Assembly: GCA_035389045.1 (NCBI GenBank)
Contig: DAOORA010000013.1
Coordinates: 1 to 64,000, forward strand
Direction: 5' to 3'
Source: Bacteroidales bacterium
Lineage (GTDB): Bacteria > Bacteroidota > Bacteroidia > Bacteroidales > CAIWKO01
Length of the DNA: 64,000 bases
The notes under the pieces were generated by a model. The model saw nothing but the letters and a program-made list of their open reading frames with translations, searched no databases and was not told where the DNA came from. The position numbers were made by a program, and so were the translations under genes. This document shows, piece by piece, positions 20,285-31,300 of the stretch (the first letter of the stretch is position 1; the number at the start of each line of letters is the position of its first letter).

Positions 20285-21568
20285 TTATAAGGCATTAAGG
20301 ACATGCTCCATCTGCATACCCCGTGAACCTTTTACCAGTATCAACGCCTTTTTTAACGGGCTGGTCTTCAGAAAATCCCTCAGCATCAGCGATGATTTAA
20401 ATGTTTTAAATTTACTGCAGGTATTTACGGTAGAAAAAATCGGGCCCACCAGATATACCTCGTTGTAATTGGAATTGATAAGGAATTCAATAATTTTTTC
20501 ATGTTCGGCTTCCTTATAGCTGCCTAATTCCAGCATGTCACCCAGCATGACCACTTTATTGACCGACTGCATAAGGTTAAAATTCTCCAGAGCTGCTATC
20601 ATCGAAGTGGGATTTGCATTGTAGGCATCAAGAATTATGGTGTTATCCTTTTTATTAATGTACTCTGATCGTGAATTTTGAGGGAAATACTGTTCGATGG
20701 CATGTTTGATCTTTTCGGTTTCAACTTTAAAATACTCTCCAACAGCGATAGCAGCTAAAATATTTTCAAAGTTGTATTTTCCGATAAGTTTAGACTGAAT
20801 TATGGTTTTTTTATTCTCCCAATACAGTTTTACATAGGGGTTTGCAACGATAAATGTGGTGTGAATAGCTGCATTTTGGTTGGTTCCATATGAAAACTGC
20901 CTGATATTCTGTGCGTTGATCTTCAGGATGTTGTTGTTGTAATTGATAAAAACCATCCCGTGGCGCTGTTCGATATACCTGTACAATTCTGTTTTGGCTT
21001 TGATTACATTATCATAATTTCCGAATCCTTCGAGATGTGCTTTCCCTATATTGGTGATAAGGCCATAGTCGGGTTGTGAGATCTGGCACAGATCGTGAAT
21101 TTCACCCATGTGATTGGCTCCCATTTCTATGATGGCAATTTCATGTTCAGGAGTGATCTGCAATATGGATAGCGGAACTCCGATGTGGTTATTTAAATTT
21201 CCCTGTGTAGAAAAGGTGTGGTATTTTTCAGAAAGCACGGCATGAACGAGTTCTTTGGTGGTGGTTTTTCCATTGCTACCGGAGATTCCTATAACCGGAA
21301 TACTGAGTTTCGACCGGTGAAAAGCAGCCAGTTTTTGCAGGCAATCCAGGACGTTATCAACCAGAATGGTCTTATTTTCAACAAAATATTGTTCTTCATC
21401 AATAATTGCGTAAGCTGCTCCATTTTCAACCGCCTGTCTGGCAAATCTGTTCCCGTTAAAGTTTTGTCCTTTCAGGGAAAAATATAACTCACCTCTGGTG
21501 AGGTTTCGGGTATCGGTTGAAATACAAGGATGAGCTGTAAATAGTTTATATAATTCTTCAATTTTCAT
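20285..21568 (-). CDS. murF: UDP-MurNAc-tripeptide--D-Ala-D-Ala ligase (start at MKIEELY)
   Basis: 'STDTR', GSNGKTTTKE, 'NNHIGVP', 'DAYNANPTS', 'GDMLELG' and 'KGSRG'. Confidence 0.95.
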   Translation of the reverse strand: MKIEELYKLFTAHPCISTDTRNLTRGELYFSLKGQNFNGNRFARQAVENGAAYAIIDEEQYFVENKTILVDNVLDCLQKLAAFHRSKLSIPVIGISGSNGKTTTKELVHAVLSEKYHTFSTQGNLNNHIGVPLSILQITPEHEIAIIEMGANHMGEIHDLCQISQPDYGLITNIGKAHLEGFGNYDNVIKAKTELYRYIEQRHGMVFINYNNNILKINAQNIRQFSYGTNQNAAIHTTFIVANPYVKLYWENKKTIIQSKLIGKYNFENILAAIAVGEYFKVETEKIKHAIEQYFPQNSRSEYINKKDNTIILDAYNANPTSMIAALENFNLMQSVNKVVMLGDMLELGSYKEAEHEKIIEFLINSNYNEVYLVGPIFSTVNTCSKFKTFKSSLMLRDFLKTSPLKKALILVKGSRGMQMEHVLNAL

Positions 21569-21582
21569 AGTAGATTCATAAT

Positions 21583-21617
21583 AAAAAAACCCCATTTGCA
21601 AAGTAAATGGGGTTTTT
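21583..21617 (-). terminator. Intrinsic terminator after gldJ
   Basis: Minus strand AAAAACCCCATTTAC-TTT-GCAAATGGGGTTTTTTT: hairpin plus U-tract about 20 bp after the gldJ stop. Confidence 0.8.
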
Positions 21618-21638
21618 CAAATTAAAAAAGTATTTTTT

Positions 21639-23114
21639 CTAATAGTTACCAACAGGGCTGCCAACACGTGTCATAGCACATCTGAAGCCCAAAAATTCAG
21701 TAGCCTGGTTTTCATCAAGGAATTTCCTGTTGCCGGGACTCATCCAATATTGTCTGTCTCTCCATGAACCGCCTTTATAAACCCTTGCTTTGTCATTGAT
21801 CATGGAGTTGTTACCATAATCATACATTACAGCGCTTTCAACATCTTCCTGGTTTGTCCAGTCGTCAGTAGTCAGCAGGCTGGAAGTGACATCGCCGTCG
21901 AGAAAGCTTCTGTTGTCTGCCTGGCGGTAATTTCTTCTGTCTTTGCTTTCTTCAACGGTAACATCGCGCATCTGTATGCGTCCAAGGCTGTCTTTATCCT
22001 CAAGTACACCGTCGGCATCTCTGACCTGTGTCTGGAATACATTTCCCCTGAATGACCTGAAGTCAGAATAATCTTCGAATGATAACGGTCTGTAAACATC
22101 CATTACCCATTCCGCTACGTTGCCAGCCATGCAGTACAACCCATAATCGTTAGGCCAGTATGAGTAAACGGGTGCTGTGATGTCGGCAGCATCGTTGAGG
22201 TTGCCGGCCACACCCATATTATCGCCTCTTCCGCGTTTGAAATTGGCAACAAAATCGCCGAGGTTATTGGTGCGGTCGTTACGGGATATATGACCGTTCC
22301 AGGGATATATCCTGCGTTCGAGAACACGTTCATAGATGGTGTTGCCGATAAGTCCCAGAGCCGCAAATTCCCATTCTGCTTCGGTCGGCAGACGGTATTT
22401 CGGGAGAAGTATGCCGTCTTCCATACGGACCTTACGCGTACCTGACCCGTTGGGATCCATATCATACAAATCGTTTTTAACCATGCCCTCATATTGTCCG
22501 GCAAGGTAGGCATCGGTGTTGAAGTTTTCTTCATTTTGCTGGTTGGGATCCATTTTCAAAATACCTTCACGTACCAGGATGTATTCGTTGACGCGGTCGG
22601 TTCTCCAGTTACAATAGTCAGCGGCCTGAACCCAGCTTACGCCCACAACAGGATAGTCGCGGTATGCAGGGTGGCGAAGATAATAATCAACGTAAGGCTC
22701 GTTGTAGGCCAGCCGATCGCGCCATACCAGGGTGTCGGGGAGGCGTTTCTGCAAAACTTCGGGGTAGTCAACGCTGAAAACCCTTTTTGTCCAGTACAAA
22801 AACTCACAATAGTCAAGGTTACGCACTTCGGTCTGGTCCAGATAAAATGAGGAAACAGTTATTCTTCTAGGGAAATTATCCCAATCGTAAAGAACATCCT
22901 GTTCGGTACGTCCCATCATAAAAGTACCTCCTTCGATCAGGATCAGGCCTGGGCCGGTTTCCTGTTCTTCGTATGGGACTACTTCAAACCCGCCGTTTTT
23001 GGGATTGTTGTATTCCCATGCTGTAGTATTGGATAATTCTTTTTTACAGGATGCCAGAAATAATGTAGCAGTTGCGATAACTGCCATTAAAACGATTAAT
23101 CTTTTAATATACAT
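21639..23114 (-). CDS. gldJ: Gliding motility lipoprotein GldJ (FGE-sulfatase fold)
   Basis: Lipobox LASC; 'GPGLILIEGGTFMMG', 'YLRHPAYRDYPVVGVSW', 'WRTDRVNE', 'RLPTEAEWE' and 'GFRCAM'; divergent from porU as in Flavobacterium. Confidence 0.88.
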   Translation of the reverse strand: MYIKRLIVLMAVIATATLFLASCKKELSNTTAWEYNNPKNGGFEVVPYEEQETGPGLILIEGGTFMMGRTEQDVLYDWDNFPRRITVSSFYLDQTEVRNLDYCEFLYWTKRVFSVDYPEVLQKRLPDTLVWRDRLAYNEPYVDYYLRHPAYRDYPVVGVSWVQAADYCNWRTDRVNEYILVREGILKMDPNQQNEENFNTDAYLAGQYEGMVKNDLYDMDPNGSGTRKVRMEDGILLPKYRLPTEAEWEFAALGLIGNTIYERVLERRIYPWNGHISRNDRTNNLGDFVANFKRGRGDNMGVAGNLNDAADITAPVYSYWPNDYGLYCMAGNVAEWVMDVYRPLSFEDYSDFRSFRGNVFQTQVRDADGVLEDKDSLGRIQMRDVTVEESKDRRNYRQADNRSFLDGDVTSSLLTTDDWTNQEDVESAVMYDYGNNSMINDKARVYKGGSWRDRQYWMSPGNRKFLDENQATEFLGFRCAMTRVGSPVGNY

Positions 23115-23144
23115 TGTCAGGTTGTTTTTTGTTTCTAATTATAA

Positions 23145-24128
23145 CTAAAAAGATGGGCAATTTATTGCTCTGACTCTTTTGGAAGGTGGTTTGCAGTTGA
23201 ACTGAAGGGCAAACGACACTTCGTGTGCTCCGCCCGTGGCATTGGTAAGTTTGGAAACGGTGAGGTCGTAACTGTAACCGATCTTGAACATACTTGCCTG
23301 TATGCCAACCATAAAAATGACGGCATCAGAATTTTTAAAGTTTTGTCTGAACCAGAGTCCTCCAACAAAGGGATACCTGTTGAAATACAGACCATAGTTG
23401 ATCTGCTGGAAATTCTGCTGTTGCATGAAAAGGATGTTCGGTGACAGGGTAGGTACGTGTTCGTTGCTTTTACGACGCACTTTTTTAACAAGGTTTATGA
23501 TTCCTCCTGCATGAACGGTGAATTTCATCGGCATTCTGCTCTTGCTGATAAATCCTTCATCGGGTTGTGTGAGGTGGTGGGCGGCAAAACCGACAAAATA
23601 TTTTTCGCCGTAACCGAGAACACCTGCTGCAAAATCAGCGTTTGCCTTGGTAAGACGTTTGGGAGGCAATTCATTGGTATTGAAAACAAAACCATGTCTT
23701 TTGTCAATCATGTCAGGAAAAGTAAGTTTTTGCCAGTCGAGGTGTTTCTGAAAATAAGTCGCCTGAATGGCCATTTTCATGGAAAAGGAACGGTTGACTT
23801 CCAACCGGAACGAATACATAAATGAAGCCGTGGTTGTGTTGAGGATGCCTTGCCCTGCTCTGTCGGTATTAAGAAGTACACCAATACCTCCCGATATTTT
23901 TTCGATATGCTGGTCGTAGGAGGCATTGTATGTTACGTAAGTTCCTGATATAGAGGGCCATTGGTCGCGGAAATTCAGAATGATTCTCGGGCATACTGCC
24001 GTACCTGCAAAAGCCGGATTCAGGTACAACGGGTTAGCATAATATTGCGAAAAATGAGGATCCTGCGCAAAACTGACGCCTCCCAATGTTACCAGGAAAA
24101 GCAAAATACCGGTATAGATCTTTTTCAT
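23145..24128 (-). CDS. PorP/SprF family T9SS outer-membrane beta-barrel
   Basis: 'AQDPHFSQYYANPLYLNPAFAG', 'IGYSYD' and 'GAHEVS'. Confidence 0.93.
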   Translation of the reverse strand: MKKIYTGILLFLVTLGGVSFAQDPHFSQYYANPLYLNPAFAGTAVCPRIILNFRDQWPSISGTYVTYNASYDQHIEKISGGIGVLLNTDRAGQGILNTTTASFMYSFRLEVNRSFSMKMAIQATYFQKHLDWQKLTFPDMIDKRHGFVFNTNELPPKRLTKANADFAAGVLGYGEKYFVGFAAHHLTQPDEGFISKSRMPMKFTVHAGGIINLVKKVRRKSNEHVPTLSPNILFMQQQNFQQINYGLYFNRYPFVGGLWFRQNFKNSDAVIFMVGIQASMFKIGYSYDLTVSKLTNATGGAHEVSFALQFNCKPPSKRVRAINCPSF

Positions 24129-24416
24129 CTCAAAAATTTTTAGTTTGTACATATTAACGCAACTATCGGTGTCAGTATTGGTAATTATATAAAAAAAATA
24201 TCAAATCATGCATTACAATAAAAAAAGCTTTGTTCCGTTAGTATGAAAATATTTTAACAAGCAAAAATAACATATTTTTAATTACCCAAAATTACTTGAA
24301 CTTTTTTTTTTACCTTTTACTGAATTTTGCCGACAAGGTTACACTAATGAATATTTTTTTGCTGAAAATTCTGCGTTATAAAAATTGGGTAATTTTACAC
24401 CACTAAAATGATATAG

Positions 24417-27400
24417 ATGTTACGACGTGTTATTCTTTTATTTATATTAATATCTTCATTTTCAATACTTTTTGGGCAACAGAAAGATCGTAAGAGCGAA
24501 AATCAGTATCTTATAAGATGGGACAAGCCCGGCAAAATAAATATCAGTGAGCTTAGAAGCAAAAATTATCTGCGTTTTGATGGTTCAATATATGCTGATA
24601 GTTCCGATTTACCGTATTATTTTACGTTGCTGGATGCCATAAAATCTTCCATGGTGCCGGATATCAGCCTTCTGAATCCGGTTTACGAGGAATTACCTTC
24701 AGCTGATGCGGAAATCATCGATAAACAGCTTAATATGCTGCCTGAGCACATTATTATTAATACAAAGGTATCCTACCAGAATAAAAAGCCTCTGATGATG
24801 GTGAGTTTTCTTCCGTTACGCAGAAATCCTGTCAACGGCAGGGCTGAACGCCTCGTTTCCTTTAGCTTTGATTATTCTTACAGCACAACAAAAATTCTGC
24901 CTTCCGTGAATAAAGCATATCAATATGCTTCCCATTCGGTGCTTAGTTCAGGAGACTGGTACCGGGTGGATGTTTTTCGCAGCGGCATACATATCATTAC
25001 CTACAACGACCTGGTCTCATTGGGAATAAATGTTTCAGATATAGATCCAAAAAATATACGTGTATATGGTAATGGCGGGAGTATGCTGCCTGAGGATAAT
25101 TCAAAATTCAGGTTTGATGACCTGGTGGAGAATGCAATTTTTGTTTATGGTGAGGGTGACGGTATTTTTGACCAGAATGATTATATATTATTTTATGCCA
25201 AAGGTCCCGAAAAGTGGTCTTTCGACACGGTAAACAATGTTTATAATCATGAAATAAACAAATATGTCAAAAGATCCGGATATTTTATTACAGCCAGCCT
25301 TGGCCCCGGCAAGCGGGTAAGCACGATTACTAGTTCATCACAGCCTGCTGATTATTCAGTTACTACTTTTGATGATTATCTTTTCCATGAAAACGATTCT
25401 TTGAATCTTATAAAATCCGGACGTGAGTTTTATGGAGAAGTTTTCGATGTGAATACTTCGTACTCTTTTAATTTTAATTTTCCCAATCTTGTTTCGGGAG
25501 TACCTGTCTATTTTAAAGGCAGGTTTCTGGCGCGGTCTTTTGTCTATCCTACCTCATATAAAATTTATGCAAATAATTCGTTTGTAAATTCAGTATCTGT
25601 TTTACCGGCCTCTCCGGATTATACGGCTGCTTATGCCCGTGATTCCCAGTTATTCTGTAGCTTTTCGGCCAGCAGCCCCGTAAATATCAGGGTTGATTAC
25701 AATAAAAGTTCCAATTCTTCGGCTGTTGGCTGGCTGGATTATATTGAACTCAATACCCAACGTTACCTGACCTTTGTTCCGGGACAAATGTCCTTTCGTA
25801 ATTACAATTCAGTAGGCAAAGGTATTTCCGAGTTTATTATGGGTAATGCCGCAGGAGATGTTGTTGTGTGGGATGTCACCGATTATACGGATGTTAAAAA
25901 AGTTGCTTCAACGCTGAATGGAAGTAATCTTTCATTTAAACTGAACACCGATTCACTCAGGGAATTTGTTGCTTTTAATGGTGCGGATTTTTATTCGGTC
26001 AGTTGTTCAGGAAGGATACAAAATCAGGATCTGCATGGTCTCGGACAATATGACATGATCATTATATCACATCCGGATCTGACAGGAGAGGCCTCACGTA
26101 TTGCGGATATGCACCGGAATAACGACAACCTGACGGTACTTATCACAACTCCCCAGCCAATTTATAACGAATTTTCATCTGGTAATCAGGATATTACAGC
26201 TATTAAGGATTTTGTAAAGATGTTTTATGACCGGGCGGGATCTGATATCAATCTGCAGCCCAAATTTTTGCTGTTATTTGGTGATGCCTCCTATGATTAT
26301 CAGAACCGTCTGTCAGGCAATACCAATATGGTTCCAACTTATCAGACCCAGAATTCACTGGAGCCATCCTCATCATATCTGACCGATGATTACTTTGGTT
26401 TTCTCGATGACGATGATAACGGCGCCTACAATAATCTATTGGATATTGCCATTGGCCGTATTCCGGCGCAGAACGTTGACGAGGCCAAAGCTGTTACCGA
26501 TAAAATCCTGAATTATGTTGCAAAATACGACCTGAATGCGGGAAATTCATCATGTTCCGGCTTTTCGGATGCTATTTCTAATTTTTCCGACTGGAGAAAT
26601 GTGTTGTGTTTTGTTGCAGATGATGCGGATACACCGGGAGAAGATTTCCTGGGACAGTCTGAAAGCATTGCCAGTTACCTCGATACCGTTTACAATAATT
26701 TTAACCTGGATAAGATATACATGGATGCTTATACTCAGGTATCAACTCCCGGCGGGCAGCGTTACCCTGATGCTACAGATGCCATCAACAGAAGGGTGGC
26801 TAAAGGCGCTCTTATTGTAAACTATATTGGCCATGGAGGAGAAGTAGGATGGGCACATGAAGCGGTAATCGGTGTGGCTGATATCAATTCATGGAACAAC
26901 AAAAACAATATGCCCCTGTTTGTTACTGCAACCTGCGAATTCAGCCGGTTTGATGATCCTGCCCGGACCTCGGCAGGGGAATATGTCCTGTTGAACCCGG
27001 TGGGTGGCGGTATTTCGTTATTCACAACGACCCGACTGGCTTTTGCAGGCACCAATTACTCGTTAAACTTTGCTTTTTATAAGGAGGTTTTTAAAAAGAC
27101 TTCGGGCCATTATCCGTATCTCGGTAATGTAACCAAAGCCGCAAAAAATCAATTGGGATGCTCATATGTAATCAGCAATTTTGTGCTTCTGGGCGATCCG
27201 GCATTACGGCTGGCCTATCCGGAACATAATATCATCACCACCATGTTGAATGATCAACCCCTGGGCGGATTAACGGATACAGTAAGGGCGCTGGAAAAGA
27301 TTGCAATAAAGGGATATGTTGCAGACTACAATGGCGTAAAACTCACAAATTACCAGGGAACCATTATGCCTGTGGTTTTTGACAAAGCAGCAAAGGTAGT

Positions 27401-28301
27401 GTCAAACGGGAACGACGGCGGTTATCCCCAGACATTCAGTCTGCAGAAAAATATTATCTACAAAGGCAAAGCAAAAGTAGTCAACGGTGATTTCAGATTT
27501 ACTTTTGTTGTACCCAAAGATATAGCTTATCAGTTTGGAAAGGGGCGGATAAGTTATTATGCACAGAATGGTGTTTCTGATGCGAATGGCTTTTATGAAA
27601 ATTTCATTATCGGAGGTACCAGCCATAATGCTATAACGGATAATTCAGGTCCTGAACTGAAGGTTTATATGAACGACAATCATTTTGTGTCGGGAGGGAT
27701 CACCGACCGGAACCCGCTGCTGATTGCTTATCTGAGTGATTCGGGAGGTGTTAATACTATTGGGAACAGCATAGGGCATGATATTTCGGCTGTTCTTGAC
27801 GGCAATACCGATAAGACATTTGTGCTGAATGATTATTATGAGTCCGATCTTGATACCTATCAGAGTGGTGTAGTGAGGTATCCCTTTTCGGACCTGGAAC
27901 CCGGAGAGCACAAACTGCTGTTGAAAGCCTGGGATGTCTATAACAATTCTGCCGAAACCGAGCTGGATTTTGTGGTCGCCGAGTCAGCGGAACTTGCTTT
28001 AGATCATGTTTTTAATTATCCCAATCCGTTTACCACCTATACGGAGTTTTGGTTTGAACATAATCAGCCCTGTTGCGGGCTGGATGTTCAGATTCAGATT
28101 TTCACCGTAACCGGTAAATTAATAAAAACAATTCAGACTACCGTGGAAACCTCCGGGTTCAGGGCAGATCCCATACCATGGGATGGCAAAGACGACTTTG
28201 GAGATTCTATCGGGAAAGGTGTTTACCTTTATATTCTCAAAGTGAAAAACAGTTCAGGACAGTATTGCCAGAAAACAGAGAAACTGGTAATCCTGAAATA
28301 A
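24417..28301 (+). CDS. porU: T9SS sortase PorU (peptidase C25), copy 1, full length with type A CTD
   Basis: 'IYNEFSSG.QD', 'LLLFGDASYD', catalytic 'NYIGHGG' and 'TATCEF', 'LLGDPAL', CTD 'FNYPNPF...WDG...GVYLY...KLVILK'. Confidence 0.93.
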   Translation: MLRRVILLFILISSFSILFGQQKDRKSENQYLIRWDKPGKINISELRSKNYLRFDGSIYADSSDLPYYFTLLDAIKSSMVPDISLLNPVYEELPSADAEIIDKQLNMLPEHIIINTKVSYQNKKPLMMVSFLPLRRNPVNGRAERLVSFSFDYSYSTTKILPSVNKAYQYASHSVLSSGDWYRVDVFRSGIHIITYNDLVSLGINVSDIDPKNIRVYGNGGSMLPEDNSKFRFDDLVENAIFVYGEGDGIFDQNDYILFYAKGPEKWSFDTVNNVYNHEINKYVKRSGYFITASLGPGKRVSTITSSSQPADYSVTTFDDYLFHENDSLNLIKSGREFYGEVFDVNTSYSFNFNFPNLVSGVPVYFKGRFLARSFVYPTSYKIYANNSFVNSVSVLPASPDYTAAYARDSQLFCSFSASSPVNIRVDYNKSSNSSAVGWLDYIELNTQRYLTFVPGQMSFRNYNSVGKGISEFIMGNAAGDVVVWDVTDYTDVKKVASTLNGSNLSFKLNTDSLREFVAFNGADFYSVSCSGRIQNQDLHGLGQYDMIIISHPDLTGEASRIADMHRNNDNLTVLITTPQPIYNEFSSGNQDITAIKDFVKMFYDRAGSDINLQPKFLLLFGDASYDYQNRLSGNTNMVPTYQTQNSLEPSSSYLTDDYFGFLDDDDNGAYNNLLDIAIGRIPAQNVDEAKAVTDKILNYVAKYDLNAGNSSCSGFSDAISNFSDWRNVLCFVADDADTPGEDFLGQSESIASYLDTVYNNFNLDKIYMDAYTQVSTPGGQRYPDATDAINRRVAKGALIVNYIGHGGEVGWAHEAVIGVADINSWNNKNNMPLFVTATCEFSRFDDPARTSAGEYVLLNPVGGGISLFTTTRLAFAGTNYSLNFAFYKEVFKKTSGHYPYLGNVTKAAKNQLGCSYVISNFVLLGDPALRLAYPEHNIITTMLNDQPLGGLTDTVRALEKIAIKGYVADYNGVKLTNYQGTIMPVVFDKAAKVVSNGNDGGYPQTFSLQKNIIYKGKAKVVNGDFRFTFVVPKDIAYQFGKGRISYYAQNGVSDANGFYENFIIGGTSHNAITDNSGPELKVYMNDNHFVSGGITDRNPLLIAYLSDSGGVNTIGNSIGHDISAVLDGNTDKTFVLNDYYESDLDTYQSGVVRYPFSDLEPGEHKLLLKAWDVYNNSAETELDFVVAESAELALDHVFNYPNPFTTYTEFWFEHNQPCCGLDVQIQIFTVTGKLIKTIQTTVETSGFRADPIPWDGKDDFGDSIGKGVYLYILKVKNSSGQYCQKTEKLVILK

Positions 28302-28336
28302 ACAGCAACGGGGAATCTATACAATCATTTTTTTTG

Positions 28337-28344
28337 TAATTTTG
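28337..28344 (+). promoter_or_regulatory. Bacteroidota sigma-A -7 element upstream of porU copy 2
   Basis: TAATTTTG matches TAnnTTTG, 10 bp before ATG 28354. Confidence 0.55.
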
Positions 28345-28353
28345 TACTGTGTC

Positions 28354-31300
28354 ATGAGAAGGAAATACCCGGCTTATTTTGTTTTGATCCTGTTATTTTG
28401 CGTTGTACAAAACTCTTTTCCGCAAAAAAAAGCGGAAAAAGGATATTTTGCACCGGTTTCTGTATTATCAGACGGTAGATGGTATAAGATAGCTACTGTG
28501 TTTGATGGCGTTTACCGGTTAACGTATCATGATTTGATACAGCTTGGGATGTCTGAGCCTTTCATGGCTTCCGATTTCAGGCTGTTTGGCAATGGTGGTG
28601 CGCTTTTGCCTGAAAAAATCTCTGACTTCAGGTATGATGACCTGGCCGAAAACCCTGTATTTGTCTATGATGGAGGCGATGGCACCATTAATGATGGTGA
28701 TTATATACTTTTTTACGGACAAAGCACCGTTAAATGGTATTTCCGGCCTGTGATCCTGACTTTTGAACATCAGTTGAATTATTATTCCGATACATCCTTC
28801 TATTTTATCACTTTCGACCATGGGCAGGGAAAAAGGATACAGACATATCCCCAAATTATACAGTCTCCCGGAATTGTTATCAGCAAGTTTGACGAACATG
28901 TGTTTCATGAGCTTGATTCGGTTAATTTATTAAGATCCGGAAAGCAATGGTTCGGAGAGGTGTTTAATGATACTTATACGAGGAATTTCAGATTTCATTT
29001 CCCGGATATCTCTGTTTCTGATACGCTTAAGGCCAGGATAAATGTAGCGGTACGTTCAACACAAAAAAGTGTTGTAAGTTGTGGTAATAATGGAATAACT
29101 GTTTCTTCAGACACCGTTTTACCTGTGGACGGTAATGTGAATTCTGATTATGCCAAAAGCAAAACAATTATGATGAATATTGTTCCTCCATCGGACACAA
29201 TAACCATAAACCTGTCTTACAACAAACCGGAAACGGCTTCGGTGGCCTGGCTGAACTTCATCGAGTTGTATGGTGTCAGGCATTTGATTTACCGTGGGGA
29301 ACAGTTTCATTTCAGAAGTCTTAAGACTCTGGGCAATGCGGTAAGTCGTTTTGATATAACCAATATGGCTTCGTCGGTCAGCGTATGGAATATTACTGAT
29401 TTTACTGCATTAACTGAGATGCCTTTAGATGTTAACGGAAGCATTTTTTCAATGAAAGTATATACCGACAGTCTTACCGAGTTTGTGGCCTTTGACAATG
29501 ATAATCTGTTGAATCCCATACTGCTTGGTGATATTCCCAGCCAAAATCTTCATGGAAGCAGTCAGTCCACGCTTGTCATCGTCACTCATCCTGATTTTAT
29601 TGCAGAAGCGAACAGAATGGCTGATTTTCACAGAAGTACGGATGGAATGTCGGTTTGTGTAGCCACTACCCGGCAGATATATAATGAGTTTTCTTCGGGG
29701 AAACAAGACCCTGTGGCAATTCGTGATTTTATCCGGATGTTTTATGAACGCGGAAAAACCGATAGCGCACATCAATTACATTATGTCCTTCTTTTTGGGG
29801 ATGGTTCTTATGATATGAAAGACCGGCTGACCTCCAATACTAATTTTATCCCTGTCTGGCAGACGGAAAATTCTCTCATGCCCACGGCTTCTTATGTCTC
29901 CGATGATTTTTATGCGATGCTTGATTCGCTGGAAGGCGACAATCTTAACGGAGATCTTGATATTGGCGTAGGCCGGTTTCCTGTATGTTCTGAGATCGAA
30001 GCTAATGTAATGGTAGATAAATCAATACGTTATGGTAGTCCGAACGACCTGGTCCCCGACTCATTTGAACATGGAACCGTTTCAAATTTCGATCCATGGC
30101 GTAATTCACTGATATTTGTTGCTGATGATGAAGATGGAAACCTTCACTTTAAGCAGGCCGAGAAGCTTATTACCTTAGTTGATTCGCTGAACCGTATTGT
30201 CAACATAAATAAGATTTATCTGGATGCCTACCAACAAAAAAACACGCCTTTTGGTGCCAAATATCCGGATGTCAATAAAGACATTAAAAGGCTGATCCGG
30301 AAAGGAACTTTGATGGTAAACTATACGGGCCATGGCGGTGAAGCAGGCCTTGCAGCAGAAGAGGTTGTTACCATGGCCGATATCGAGCAATATGAAAATT
30401 ATTATTGCCTGCCGGTTTTTATTACGGCTACCTGTGAATTCAGCCGGTACGACAATCCTGCGTTTCAATCTGCGGGCGAAAAATTACTTTTCAATAAAAA
30501 AGGCGGCAGTATTGCATTATTTTCGACTACCCGGGTGGCCTATGCACATTCCAACGAAATTGTCAATCGTAATATATTAAAAACAGCATTTACACCTGTT
30601 TCAGGCAATAGAGTGAGGTTCGGGGATATGATCCGGAAAGCCAAAAACATGTGTTCCCCGGGCGTTTACATGCAGAATTTTACACTTCTCGGCGATCCTG
30701 CACTGGCATTTGCAATACCGGAATACCATGTTGTGACCGATTTCTGCGGCGCTGATACGCTTTCATCTTTGCAAGACACAATTTTTAATAATAGTATTGT
30801 TACGGTGAGAGGACACATCGAAAACAGGTTTTCGGAATTACAGGCCGGGTTTGACGGAAAATTGTTTCCTGTTGTTTATGATAAACCTGTTATATACAAC
30901 ACACTGGTCAATGATCCCGGAGTAAGTTATCCTGCCACTTTTTATACGCAGCAAACCGAATTGTATCGGGGTAATGTGACGGTGGAGAACGGTATATTCG
31001 AATTTTCATTTTTTGTGCCCAGAGATATCAGCTTTGCCGGAGGGTACGGAAAAATAAGCTATTATGCCAAAAGCCCATGGCATGACGCGTCAGGGGTGTT
31101 TGACAGTTTGTGTCTGTACAATGATGGTATAACTGAAAGTTCTGATATGACAGGGCCGGAAATAATCGGTTATCTTGATAATCCTTCATTTACAGATGGT
31201 AGCTATACTTCACCGGAACCATTCATGAAACTGTATCTTCACGACACCAGCGGTATCAACTGTTTCGGATTGGGAATAGGACATGAGATCACGGCGGTAC